Positions 18,179 through 28,147 of a DNA stretch of 64,000 nt are shown here, one piece after another (positions within the stretch are counted from its first letter, which is position 1; each line of letters begins with the position of its first letter). The translations under genes and the position numbers were made by a program. The notes below the pieces were generated by a model. It was given only the letters and a program-made list of their open reading frames with translations, did not search any database and had not been told where the DNA came from. Source of the DNA: Clostridia bacterium (GTDB lineage Bacteria > Bacillota > Clostridia > Oscillospirales > CAG-272); NCBI GenBank assembly GCA_017517035.1, contig JAFXAN010000121.1, positions 95,619 through 159,618 of the forward strand, read 5' to 3'.

Positions 18179-18739
18179 TTATCCCAGTATATTTCCTTCT
18201 TTATCGAAAAGAGGAAGCTTTTCAAGATAGATTATATCATCTCTGTCTGCAGCATCGCCCTCTGCAAGAACGAACATCTTGCCAACGATATTACCGCCTG
18301 CGGCACTAACAAGCTTTTCAAGGGCGATAAGTGATTCACCCGTTGAAACCACATCGTCAACAATGAGGATCCTCTTACCCTTCATCATATCTGCTTCAAC
18401 TGTATCAAGGAAAAGCTTCTGCTCGCCCTTGGTTGTGATCGAGGTTACATCGACCTCAAAAACGCTGCTCATATAAGCCTTTGCCTTTTTGCGGGCAACA
18501 ACATATTTTTCGTCGCCGTGCTGACGAGCCATCTCGTGTGCCAGCGGTATTCCCTTTGCTTCGGCTGTGATTATGTAATCATACTCAGGTGCTTTTTCAA
18601 GCAGTGCCGAAGCGCAAGCAACCGAAAGAGGTGCATCGCCTGTGAGAATAAAGCCTGCAATATAAAGCTCCTCGGTAACGGGACAGATAGTTAAATCTCT
18701 TTTTACCCCTGCAACATTAAGTTCATAATATTTTTTCAT
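18179..18739 (-). CDS. type I phosphoribosyltransferase family protein (adenine/xanthine PRT or PurR C-domain-like)
   Basis: 186 aa with PRPP-binding loop ILIVDDVVSTGES. It has its own TTGACA-17-TATAAT promoter upstream. Confidence 0.65.
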   Translation of the reverse strand: MKKYYELNVAGVKRDLTICPVTEELYIAGFILTGDAPLSVACASALLEKAPEYDYIITAEAKGIPLAHEMARQHGDEKYVVARKKAKAYMSSVFEVDVTSITTKGEQKLFLDTVEADMMKGKRILIVDDVVSTGESLIALEKLVSAAGGNIVGKMFVLAEGDAADRDDIIYLEKLPLFDKEGNILG

Positions 18740-18771
18740 AGCAAAAACCTCGCAAAATAAAATCTGCTAAT

Positions 18772-18800
18772 ATTATACAATTTTTATTAGTTATTGTCAA
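18772..18800 (-). promoter_or_regulatory. promoter upstream of the PRT gene
   Basis: On the reverse strand: TTGACA (18795-18800), 17-nt spacer, TATAAT (18772-18777). Confidence 0.6.
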
Positions 18801-18924
18801 GAGCTCACTATATATATTTTCAGATATTAGTAAACATAAATTTTTTATCCTGTTTATAAATTTCATAAATTTCAGTTAAAAACCGCAATCTTATATCAAG
18901 TTGCCAACTACAAATTGTTCTGAT

Positions 18925-20091
18925 TCACACGTAAAAATCTGGCAATTCCATATTTTGCAGAGCTTTGATTGCTTTGATATGTTTCCCTGCCGCTTCAAAT
19001 TTTCCTTCATAAATAATTCTGAAAACATTGCGGACAAACTCATTGTGAGCCTCACAGCATAAAATATTCTTCATTGCCATAACGGATCGCGGTCCTTTTT
19101 CAAGCATTTCATCGGAATATTTAAGCAATTCACGCAAATAGTGAAGCTCAGGTAATACGCACCAAGAATCGAAGAATTCTCTCAGAATCTTTTCATCTTT
19201 TATAACCGATGAAATATATTCGATATATTTCATAAAGTGAGCTTTTTCTGCACCTTCAAGCAATATATGGCTGTTAAAATCAAATTTGTAAGGATGAATT
19301 TCGATATCTATCTTGCCACCGCTTATATTAAGCTGCGTCATATACCCATAATACCAAGACTTACATTCATCATTATAAGGAAAAAAGAAATTTCCCATAC
19401 TGTAAACGATAGGACACTCATTATACATTTCATAGCCCTGCGGGCAATGTGTATGCATAGCTATAACTGATTTAGCTCCGATATCTATAAAATGTCTGTA
19501 CAGCTCCACTTTTTCGGGCGACGGAAAAGGATTTCCTTCATTTCCACCGTGAAAATATACGATTGGGAAATAACCCTTTTCTTTCAAATCAAATATGCTT
19601 TTTGAAACCCTGTACAGATTATATCCTGCCGAACCTGCTGTATTGCCGGTTGCTACACCGGGTTCGTTTTCACATATGGCCATAATTGCAATACGGTTAC
19701 CATCTTTATCAATTAAAACAGGCACATATGCATCATTCAGATTTTTTCCCGCCCCGACAGTTATATATCCGTTTTCTTTCAGCAGATCTATCGTATCCAA
19801 AAGTGCTTCAGCATTGTAATCAAGGCAATGATTATTTGCCAATCCTATCGCAGTTGGATTCAAACGATTCAAAAAGCTGATAAATTCTTTTTTTGAGATC
19901 ATTCTTGGACCGCTTTTTATAAGCTGGGTATATTTTTCCTTCTCGCCAAATATATTCTCCAAATTTATCATTGAAAAATCTGCTTTTTCAAAAAGCTTTG
20001 CGGCATCGTTCATAATATTATCTGCAGCGGTTTGCCCCGGAAAATCCTCATATTCATTAAATGAGATATCAGATGCAAACAATAATTTCAT
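18925..20091 (-). CDS. CapA/PGA_cap family metallophosphatase-fold protein
   Basis: ANNHCLDY, YFHGGNEG and MHTHCPQG blocks are typical of CapA-family proteins. The start MKLLFASD at 20091 follows GAGGGAGG. No signal peptide or TM. Confidence 0.65.
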   Translation of the reverse strand: MKLLFASDISFNEYEDFPGQTAADNIMNDAAKLFEKADFSMINLENIFGEKEKYTQLIKSGPRMISKKEFISFLNRLNPTAIGLANNHCLDYNAEALLDTIDLLKENGYITVGAGKNLNDAYVPVLIDKDGNRIAIMAICENEPGVATGNTAGSAGYNLYRVSKSIFDLKEKGYFPIVYFHGGNEGNPFPSPEKVELYRHFIDIGAKSVIAMHTHCPQGYEMYNECPIVYSMGNFFFPYNDECKSWYYGYMTQLNISGGKIDIEIHPYKFDFNSHILLEGAEKAHFMKYIEYISSVIKDEKILREFFDSWCVLPELHYLRELLKYSDEMLEKGPRSVMAMKNILCCEAHNEFVRNVFRIIYEGKFEAAGKHIKAIKALQNMELPDFYV

Positions 20092-20112
20092 AAATACCTC
20101 CCTCAACCCATA

Positions 20113-22368
20113 CTATTCATAAATTTTAAATGTTTTTGTTTCTCCTCTTAACATATTAAAAGATATTTTATCGGTAGATTTACCGTATGTCTTTTCTTCA
20201 TATACTTCAACAGGTGAACATTTTTTAGGAAAATATAATGTTTTTTTCCCACTTGTTGAAGCATGTACCGTAACAAAATTTCTGCTTGCATATATAACAT
20301 CATCACTTTCGCAAAAGATATGACATCCTGCAAATTTTGCAACATTTCTGATAAAAGAGGAAGAAATAAGTTTAGCACCATAGAAAATTGATGTATATCC
20401 ATCCATTTCCTTGACGGATACTGCAGGTAATTTATTTTCAAGAAAATACGCCGTATTTACAGCATCATCGTCCTTTGAATATACAATAGGGTATAAAATG
20501 CTGCCGAAATTCAAATAACTGTTTTCGATACTGTTCTGCATCAATCGATAATTCCAGCCGTATATTTGCCCCATATCCAAGCCATCTGTTATTTCGTGCG
20601 CTTCGCCGTTGATTTTAAACTTCGGTGAGCTTTCATTGTCAAGGATACCAACATTTATTCCGATAAGCTCGGATATGTTCTTTTCACTGAATCTCTTATC
20701 TTTATCAGGGTTTATAATTCCCGATGCATATATCCAAAGTGCAACAGCGTTATCTTTCTTTAATTTATCAAGAATTACCTTTCTTTCATCATCTGTCAGG
20801 AAAAACACATTACAAAAAACATAGAGCTTATATGAAGGCATATAGGGATTTGCCATGTCATTATGAAAATATTGGTCTACCGATGCTCCTATATGTGATA
20901 TTTCATAATTTCGCAACATTCCAACCACTTCAAATGAAGTTCGTTCGGAGACGATTTGCCCACTTTCCTCATCATATATGAAGGCAATTTCATTTTGCTT
21001 TGTTCGGTCTATGGAGTAGGAAAGCTTTGCAAGCTCCTGCTGCTTTTTTATAAGGTCATATACTTCGGTAAACTTATATCTGCCTCCGCCAACGTGTTGG
21101 TCAAACCACCATGCTTGTACATCTTCACATAAGTTTCTGCCAAAATCACGTTTCATTACATTTAAAGTATCTTCAACGCAATACAATTCAACAAAATTGT
21201 TAAAATAATCGTTTTCTCCATGGGTTCTTGTATCTTCTTCAATAAAATAAATACAATTTCTTAATCTGAATGAGTCCACCATCTCTCTTTGACCTGTAAA
21301 GCCGCCCAAATGTCTGTTTTGATACATACCCGGAGCGGCAAGAAGATCAACCTTACCCGAATCAAGAACCCGAAGTGTACACGCAGAATTACTTCCGTTT
21401 ACAATAACCCCTCCCCAGGAGCCATAGAAAGAACCGACCAATTTATTATCTGTATTTTTCTTAATAACATCGGCAAAATATATGATACTGTCCGCTGTTC
21501 CGCAATGCCAAGCTCTTAAATAATCACTTACTGTATAATAATCATCAATATTTAAAAAAGTGCCGTAACAAGCATCGTGATGCGGAGTAGCAGGCTTTGG
21601 TTCCTCGGGAGATACATAGGGACCGTTTAATATGCTGTTTTCTACCTTGTCAACAAAATACCTTGATTTAAGATCGGGAATGTATGGATCATCAATCGAC
21701 GCATCATCCATTCTCCAAGCTTTTCTTAAGCTCTGATCATCACCATATTTTTCTCTCAAATATGTTGAATAGTATTTTTTGAATGCTTTGCTGTGATCAG
21801 CATATGCGTCTCCTGTAGCAACATTATTATACCACCATTCGGAGGATTGACCCGCTGATATAAAATAACCTACTATTCTATCCGAATAGGGGCTTTTATT
21901 CAAAGCTTCACAGGTCTCCTTCAATGCTTTACCTGCATCCTCTCTCCATTTCTCTGAGCTGAGAGAATACATACTTGGGTACTCACGGCTGAAATTTTCA
22001 TTCCAAAGAGACATCGGCTTTAGTGTTCCGTCACTGAATTTTACAAGCTCATCAAGATTTTGTTCTGCCCACTCCTTCGGAGGATGTATTCCTATACGAA
22101 GCATAATATATGCATCGGGAACTTCTTCAAGCAGCATTTTAGCTTCATCGTAAAACTCTTCAAGTGCTCCAGCACGGGTCCATTCGGTATCACACATAAT
22201 GAAAAATACCTTTATACCGGATTTTCCAAGATTTCTGAAATATTCTCTGTCATGGTTAATGCCGTTTTCACCATGTGTACGAACTGTCGCATACATGGGA
22301 GGATATGGAACACCATCTATAATTATCGCAGGATATCCATTATAATTTTCAACCTTTGCTACTGCCAT
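20113..22368 (-). CDS. GH42-like glycoside hydrolase architecture (TIM barrel + trimerisation-like domain); family uncertain
   Basis: 751 aa. ...YLREKYGDDQSLRKAW... and YKLYVFCNVFFLTDDERKVILDKLKKDNAVALWIYASG resemble the GH42 catalytic-domain tail and Glyco_hydro_42M-type middle domain. Recognition is weak. Confidence 0.4.
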   Translation of the reverse strand: MAVAKVENYNGYPAIIIDGVPYPPMYATVRTHGENGINHDREYFRNLGKSGIKVFFIMCDTEWTRAGALEEFYDEAKMLLEEVPDAYIMLRIGIHPPKEWAEQNLDELVKFSDGTLKPMSLWNENFSREYPSMYSLSSEKWREDAGKALKETCEALNKSPYSDRIVGYFISAGQSSEWWYNNVATGDAYADHSKAFKKYYSTYLREKYGDDQSLRKAWRMDDASIDDPYIPDLKSRYFVDKVENSILNGPYVSPEEPKPATPHHDACYGTFLNIDDYYTVSDYLRAWHCGTADSIIYFADVIKKNTDNKLVGSFYGSWGGVIVNGSNSACTLRVLDSGKVDLLAAPGMYQNRHLGGFTGQREMVDSFRLRNCIYFIEEDTRTHGENDYFNNFVELYCVEDTLNVMKRDFGRNLCEDVQAWWFDQHVGGGRYKFTEVYDLIKKQQELAKLSYSIDRTKQNEIAFIYDEESGQIVSERTSFEVVGMLRNYEISHIGASVDQYFHNDMANPYMPSYKLYVFCNVFFLTDDERKVILDKLKKDNAVALWIYASGIINPDKDKRFSEKNISELIGINVGILDNESSPKFKINGEAHEITDGLDMGQIYGWNYRLMQNSIENSYLNFGSILYPIVYSKDDDAVNTAYFLENKLPAVSVKEMDGYTSIFYGAKLISSSFIRNVAKFAGCHIFCESDDVIYASRNFVTVHASTSGKKTLYFPKKCSPVEVYEEKTYGKSTDKISFNMLRGETKTFKIYE

Positions 22369-22390
22369 TTTACGATCTTCTTTCTATCGA

Positions 22391-23788
22391 TTATATTTTG
22401 TTTTTTTCTGCTTTGCCCGCAAAGAACCCATTATAATCATCAAAGAAAAACTGTGCATTTTTAGTCATTTTTATTGCGACCATATCGTCTTTAAATGAAA
22501 AAACAATTGTCAGATTGCCGATATAGTCGTCTATACTTTTAACTGTTATCATCAGCTTGTGTTTTTCTATCCATTTACCTGTTGAAATGCACTGATATTC
22601 TCTTCTGTGATCTTCAGAAAATAAAACATCTCCGTTATATTTTTCGGGAAAATAGAAGGTCTTATATCCACTTAAAGAAAATGGAATCTTTTTGCTCATT
22701 TCGTTTTTATTATATATAATACATCCACTATCTTGCTTTATATCCAACACAAAATCTTTCAGAGCAAATTTATTATCGTCAATGATATATTTTATACCGC
22801 TTATTTTGTCAGACAAAGTATCTTCTAAAAGCAATCCATTATAACGGGAGTTAAGCTTTGGAAAATTAGGTAAAATTTTATTCCAAATCGCATCGAAAAT
22901 CCTAATTAAAGCTCCGGGATATCCTTGTGTGTCAGCGTTACAAGCAAATACCAAGTTGCGCTCGGGAAAACCTATTGCGAACTGACTTCCCATACCGTTA
23001 AACAAGAATGAATTATCACGCATTATCCAAATCTGATAACCATACCCCTTATACCAACTGTAAGGTGATTCAGGTCCTTCATCAAAATTCGCAATTTGTG
23101 CACTAATCGCTTCAAGCACAAGCTCTTTTGATATCAATTGTTTGCCGTTGTGTTCTCCTCCATTGAGAAGAAGATTCGCAAATTTAGCCAAATCTCTTGT
23201 TGTAGCCACAAGTCCCGAAGATGCCCAAAGCTCTTCATCAGGTCCCTTTAAACAATAAGCATCTTTTGAAAATCCGATTTCGTCCAAAACAGGTCTCAAA
23301 TATTCAAGAAAATCCTTTCCTGTTACCTGCTTTACCAATGCTCCAAGTAAATATGAAGCGGCGCTATCATAATAAAACAAGGTTCCCGACGGATGAGACG
23401 GCTCACCCAGAAAATACCTTTCGAGCCAGTTTTTATCCTTATTTGAATATACTTGTGTGTCATAACATGTCGCCATCATCAAAGAATCACGAACTGTTTG
23501 TTCAAGCAAAAACGGATGGACAGATGTCATATCAAAACAGTCTTTAAAAAGGTCACATATTTTATCATCAAGTTTGATAAGTCCATCATCAACCATTTTT
23601 ACAACAGCCATTCCCGCAAAGCTTTTAGTAGATGAATAAAAGCGATGCATAAACTTCTCATGGAATGGATATTCGTAATGCTCAACAACGATATCATTAT
23701 TGTGAATTAACAAAAAAGAATGTAAATCGATTCCGGCATCCTTTATACAATCCAAAAAATCTGTTTTGACAGCTTCATAACTCATCAT
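22391..23788 (-). CDS. serine hydrolase, beta-lactamase/transpeptidase fold
   Basis: S-x-x-K motif (YSSTKSF) near the N-terminus. The start MMSYEAV at 23788 follows GGGAGAA. Confidence 0.7.
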   Translation of the reverse strand: MMSYEAVKTDFLDCIKDAGIDLHSFLLIHNNDIVVEHYEYPFHEKFMHRFYSSTKSFAGMAVVKMVDDGLIKLDDKICDLFKDCFDMTSVHPFLLEQTVRDSLMMATCYDTQVYSNKDKNWLERYFLGEPSHPSGTLFYYDSAASYLLGALVKQVTGKDFLEYLRPVLDEIGFSKDAYCLKGPDEELWASSGLVATTRDLAKFANLLLNGGEHNGKQLISKELVLEAISAQIANFDEGPESPYSWYKGYGYQIWIMRDNSFLFNGMGSQFAIGFPERNLVFACNADTQGYPGALIRIFDAIWNKILPNFPKLNSRYNGLLLEDTLSDKISGIKYIIDDNKFALKDFVLDIKQDSGCIIYNKNEMSKKIPFSLSGYKTFYFPEKYNGDVLFSEDHRREYQCISTGKWIEKHKLMITVKSIDDYIGNLTIVFSFKDDMVAIKMTKNAQFFFDDYNGFFAGKAEKNKI

Positions 23789-23821
23789 ATATATTCTCCC
23801 TTTAACCCAAAACACCAAAAT

Positions 23822-24598
23822 TCATCGAATTATCGGATACAGCTGAATAGTATTTCCGCCATCTACAACAAGTTCTGCACCTGTTGTATTTTTTGCATGA
23901 GATGCAAAATACCAAACGGCATCTGCAACATCTTCTCCAGCGGCAACATCACCGATCGGGGTAAATCTTGATGGGACATTTTTATAAAACTCGGGATTTT
24001 TCTCCCAACGGTCTGTCTTTATCATTCCGGGAAGTACCGCATTGACTCTGATATTGTATTTTCCAAGGTCAAGAGCCATTGCACGCATCATTCCCAGCTG
24101 ACCGCTTTTGGATGCTGAATAAGCAATTCTGTCGGGAATGGCACGGTATGCGGTGTTGGAATTTACGAAAACGATATTTCCTCCGCCATTTTCCTTCATT
24201 CTGAAGGCTGCGTGCTCCGAGAGGCAGTAATTCCATGTCATATTGGTGTTTATAACCTTCATAAAATCCGTAAGAGGATTTTCAAAAGCCTTTATTCCAA
24301 GTCCCTGATCAGCGGCATTGAGAACAAGTGTTTCAATGAAGATACCGCGTCTGTCAAGCTCAGAAAACAATTCATCTACCGCCGCTTCATTGACCGTTCT
24401 TTCGTCGATAAGCGACTCTATTGCATATCCCGTAACATCACTGCTCGGGAATTTTTCTCTGTATTTTTTCTCAGCTTCAAGAACCTTTTCACAGTTTCTT
24501 CCTGTAAAGACTACCTGCCATCCCTCCGAGAGAAATTTTTCAACGATGGCAACTCCCGTATTTATACAAGCACCTGTTATAAGAACCGTTTTTTTCAT
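23822..24598 (-). CDS. SDR family oxidoreductase
   Basis: 258 aa with an N-terminal Rossmann TGACINTGVAIV and catalytic YSASK (YxxxK). Confidence 0.8.
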   Translation of the reverse strand: MKKTVLITGACINTGVAIVEKFLSEGWQVVFTGRNCEKVLEAEKKYREKFPSSDVTGYAIESLIDERTVNEAAVDELFSELDRRGIFIETLVLNAADQGLGIKAFENPLTDFMKVINTNMTWNYCLSEHAAFRMKENGGGNIVFVNSNTAYRAIPDRIAYSASKSGQLGMMRAMALDLGKYNIRVNAVLPGMIKTDRWEKNPEFYKNVPSRFTPIGDVAAGEDVADAVWYFASHAKNTTGAELVVDGGNTIQLYPIIR

Positions 24599-24602
24599 TA
24601 TT

Positions 24603-25439
24603 TCACCCTATTCTGTCGTAAACGCGCACGAAATCACAAATAAATGCATCGTCCTTAAAGCCGCTCTTTATCTCATAGGGATAACTTCCCTCAGGTTTTT
24701 TCTTGAGGCGATAGCCCTGCACTTCGGTCGTCAGCAGGATAAACTGCGGAATATGGGAAACATGCTCATTGCAACGGGATATCTCCTTGCCATCGCAATA
24801 AAAAACATAACCTTCAGGTTGCCAATCCATTCCGAAATAATGCCAACCATCCTCAGTTTCATCAAGAGCATATGTGACTCTTCCGTCATCCTTAAACTGC
24901 TTTCCGTAGCCGCCCATTATGTTACCCGTGGTTGCTTTGCCAACATGGAAACACTCCATAATGTCCGATTCAACTCCGCACCATTCGGGTTCAAATCTTG
25001 CGCCGATTGTAGGTGACTGTGTCCAGAATGCACTCCACATGGTTTCGGGATCATTCTGGAATTTACAGCGGCATTCGTAATAGCCATAGCGATGAACAAA
25101 CTTCGGCTCTTCGAGAACATCAAAGGGCCAAAAGGAATCCTGTCCCCAAGGATTTTCAGAGGGAGCAGCCATATGGTCAAAAGAGTTTGCACCGGTTTGA
25201 AGCTGTGGAGAAACATATCTGCCATCCTTCTCCACCCTATGTAGCTCGATGTTGCTCTTTCCGTCAAGAACTATTCCCTCATCTGTGTATGCGTCAAAGC
25301 GCTTACCCCAGAAATTCAGACGAAAATTCCATTTTGTTCTGTCAAGCTCTGTTCCGTCAAATTCGTCCGACCATACAAGCTTCCATTCTCCGTCGGGAAG
25401 AAGCGAAGGCTCATGATCTTTTACTTCAAATTTTTTCAT
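24603..25439 (-). CDS. glycoside hydrolase family 16
   Basis: WSDEFDG...KW opening block and catalytic ESDIME (ExDxxE). No signal peptide. Confidence 0.8.
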   Translation of the reverse strand: MKKFEVKDHEPSLLPDGEWKLVWSDEFDGTELDRTKWNFRLNFWGKRFDAYTDEGIVLDGKSNIELHRVEKDGRYVSPQLQTGANSFDHMAAPSENPWGQDSFWPFDVLEEPKFVHRYGYYECRCKFQNDPETMWSAFWTQSPTIGARFEPEWCGVESDIMECFHVGKATTGNIMGGYGKQFKDDGRVTYALDETEDGWHYFGMDWQPEGYVFYCDGKEISRCNEHVSHIPQFILLTTEVQGYRLKKKPEGSYPYEIKSGFKDDAFICDFVRVYDRIG

Positions 25440-25458
25440 TTTAAAACTCCTTTAATTT

Positions 25459-26856
25459 TTATAAAAAATCTCCGAATACAAGCAAAAGCGGTGTATCCTT
25501 TACGGGTAAATTTTTAAAAGTACAGACACCGAAAGCGTCCCTTGTAACGATCGAGTCGGGAATCTCGTAAATGCTGCCGTCCATAATGTCGACAAGCGAA
25601 ATTTTATCATACTCCGAATAGGCTTCAAAGCTGATAGTTCCTTCAAAGCTTGTCGTCATTATATCTGTAGGAGTCCAGTAAGCAAAAATTTCTCCGCCAT
25701 CCTTTTTAAATCCACCTATTCTTACTTCCTGTGCCGTAACATCGCTACCGAAAACTCTTCTAGATTCACGGGGCTTGACAATTACGGGAAAGCTTGTGAC
25801 TTCAAAATCCTCTGCGAAAACAGATGCTATATTCTGCAAAACATAATACGATTTTTTGGGGGTATAAGTGCCGCAGCTTTTTCCGTTTTCATCAAAATCA
25901 GCACCAAGAACACCGAAATAAGCATAATCATCTGCGGTAACTCCCTGCTTTGTTGAAAGTGCTTCAACCATATCCAGACACGAAAAATACGACATAAAAT
26001 GAACATTGATTAAAAGGTCTGCAATGGTATGTCTTGCAAGCTGTTTTGCTTGCTTTTCCTGTGTCCAAGCACCGCCCCACAAAGCACCGCTATCACTGAA
26101 TTTTGACTGTGAGCCCGATTCTCCCTGTATAAGCTCAAGATGCGGAGCATACTTTTTAAAAAGTGCACGACAGGCTTCAGCCTTACTAAACATTTGCGTT
26201 TCATCGGTGGGATATTCATGAAAGGAAATGTAATCAACATAATCTCCCACGCCTGTTTTCAGCATTTCATTAAGAAACGGTATCTGCAATCCTGCAAGTG
26301 CTCCGCAAATAATTTTTGCGCTCGGGTCTGCCGCCTTTATAGCTTTTGCGGTATCCAATGCAAACAGACCGTATTCCGTCCCGCTGGTGCCGTGTCTCCA
26401 GCTATACATTGCGTCAGGCTCATTCCAAATCTCGTAATATGAAATCTTCCCTTTATAATGCTTTACAGTTTCAAAAGCATAATTTCTCCATGCTTGTTTT
26501 TCTTCCTCGGAAAAAATGGGAGGACATCCTACAGCGCCAAAATACTCTTTTGCTTTTTCGGTGTAAAGACTGTTACCGTAACAAAGGCAGAGCCAAGGTG
26601 ATATTCCGCGCTTCAAAAAATTGTCAACGATGCTGTCGAGCCACGCAAAGTCATACACACCCTTTTGCTTTTCGGTCTTCTGCCAACCGGACTGAATTCT
26701 TGCTTTTTTAACACCGATCTCCGCTACCTTATCATATGCTTTTTCGGGGTCAAAGGCATCTCTGTCCAGCTTTTCAAAGCCAAGACCGATTTTTGAATTT
26801 TTAATTTCAGATGATTTTTTAGGAATTACTTTCCCGCTCTTTTTCAATCTTTCCAT
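25459..26856 (-). CDS. clan GH-A TIM-barrel glycoside hydrolase (GH39-like)
   Basis: YYEIWNEPD carries the acid/base NEP motif. The start MERLKK at 26856 (AAGGAG upstream) avoids the 94-nt overlap with the upstream gene that the track start at 26961 would imply. Confidence 0.45.
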   Translation of the reverse strand: MERLKKSGKVIPKKSSEIKNSKIGLGFEKLDRDAFDPEKAYDKVAEIGVKKARIQSGWQKTEKQKGVYDFAWLDSIVDNFLKRGISPWLCLCYGNSLYTEKAKEYFGAVGCPPIFSEEEKQAWRNYAFETVKHYKGKISYYEIWNEPDAMYSWRHGTSGTEYGLFALDTAKAIKAADPSAKIICGALAGLQIPFLNEMLKTGVGDYVDYISFHEYPTDETQMFSKAEACRALFKKYAPHLELIQGESGSQSKFSDSGALWGGAWTQEKQAKQLARHTIADLLINVHFMSYFSCLDMVEALSTKQGVTADDYAYFGVLGADFDENGKSCGTYTPKKSYYVLQNIASVFAEDFEVTSFPVIVKPRESRRVFGSDVTAQEVRIGGFKKDGGEIFAYWTPTDIMTTSFEGTISFEAYSEYDKISLVDIMDGSIYEIPDSIVTRDAFGVCTFKNLPVKDTPLLLVFGDFL

Positions 26857-26867
26857 AACTCTGCTCC

Positions 26868-28028
26868 TTAAAAATAAAATTTTGTTTTTGCGGGTCTTAT
26901 ATCGGTAAGCGCGCCCGTATAATGACGAAGTGTGTGTGGCTGATATGTATGCTTCAGACATTCTTCTTCATTTATTTCGATTCCAAGTCCTGGTCTATCG
27001 GGAATAGTCATATATCCGTTCTCATATTCAAGGCTTTCATCTGTAACATCAGCTCTCCACTCAACATCGGAATACATTATTTCAAGTATCTCAAAATTCG
27101 GACAGGTTGCCGCAAGCTGGAGTGTTGCGGCATTTGCAACGGGTCCCGAGGGATTGTGAGGAGCAAATGGAATATAACGACTTTCAGCCTCCGCCGCTAT
27201 CTTTTTAAGTTCCATAATTCCGCCCGCATGGGAAATATCCGGCTGGATATAATCTGCAGCCATTTTATCGAACATTCCTCGGTAGTCCCAGCGTGTATAA
27301 AGTCTTTCTCCCGCAGAAATTGCAACAGGCGAGCGATCCTTAACCTCTCGAAGTGCATCAAGATTATCGGGAGGAACAGGCTCTTCAAAAAACATAGGCT
27401 TAAAGGGTTCAAGCTCCTTTGCAATCTTAATAGCTGTGGGAATATTGAAGCGTCCGTGTCCCTCTATAAGAAGATCAACACCGTCTCCTACTGCTTCCCT
27501 TACCGCAGCAACATTTCTTATTGCCTTGTTAAGCTCAGCTCCCGAAATATTCAGATAGTTTTTACCAAAGGGATCCCATTTCATTGCAGTAACTCCGCGC
27601 TTTACTGTCTCCTTTGCCTTTGCGGCAAATTCCTCAGGCTCTTTGGCTCCTGCAAACCAACCGTTTATATAAATTCTTACTTTTTCGTGCACCTTTCCGC
27701 CAAGAAGCGTGTAAACAGGAACACCAAGGCTCTTTCCAAGAATATCCCAAAGCGCCATTTCAACAGCTGAAAGTGCGGACATCAAAACAGGACCGCCGCG
27801 CCAATATGCATCACGGTATATATCATGCCAATGCTTTTCAATGTTTCTCGGATCTTTACCCACAAGGTATTCTTTTATATGTTCAAGAGCGCCGAGAAGT
27901 GCCTTCTCTTTATACTCAAGGGTTGCTTCTCCCACACCGTCTACACCCTCGTCTGTATAAACCTTTATAAAGACCCAATTGGTTCTGAAACAGTCAACTA
28001 CAAATGGCTTTATATCAATAACCTTCAT
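26868..28028 (-). CDS. enolase-superfamily sugar-acid dehydratase (D-galactonate/D-mannonate dehydratase family)
   Basis: 386 aa. MKVIDIK...NWVFIKVYTDEGVDGVGEAT...AVEMALWDILGK is typical of the mandelate racemase/muconate lactonising enzyme N- and C-domains. Confidence 0.8.
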   Translation of the reverse strand: MKVIDIKPFVVDCFRTNWVFIKVYTDEGVDGVGEATLEYKEKALLGALEHIKEYLVGKDPRNIEKHWHDIYRDAYWRGGPVLMSALSAVEMALWDILGKSLGVPVYTLLGGKVHEKVRIYINGWFAGAKEPEEFAAKAKETVKRGVTAMKWDPFGKNYLNISGAELNKAIRNVAAVREAVGDGVDLLIEGHGRFNIPTAIKIAKELEPFKPMFFEEPVPPDNLDALREVKDRSPVAISAGERLYTRWDYRGMFDKMAADYIQPDISHAGGIMELKKIAAEAESRYIPFAPHNPSGPVANAATLQLAATCPNFEILEIMYSDVEWRADVTDESLEYENGYMTIPDRPGLGIEINEEECLKHTYQPHTLRHYTGALTDIRPAKTKFYF

Positions 28029-28147
28029 ATTGATTTCCTTTCTTTTAGAAATTTTTATTTTATCACTTGCATTTTATCACAAAAAGTGTTAAAATTATAT
28101 AGATTATTTTACTTTTGATTTTAGATATCTTACTTTTTGGAGGCAAT

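Noticed and set aside
18179-18739. PRT gene as a possible defence-system effector or PyrR/PurR-type regulator
   Set aside because: It has only a plain type I PRT fold with a PRPP loop. It has no HTH domain and no partner genes typical of defence systems. It is most simply a purine salvage enzyme in an odd location.
24318-25016. 232-aa plus-strand ORF, plus neighbours 24212-24643 and 25013-25444
   Set aside because: They are antisense to the SDR and GH16 genes, which have convincing catalytic motifs. No start context is present.
26922-27770. 282-aa plus-strand ORF
   Set aside because: It lies entirely antisense to the enolase-superfamily dehydratase, which has clear family motifs. Its translation is low-complexity (Cys/Ile/Phe-rich) with no SD, so it is a shadow ORF.
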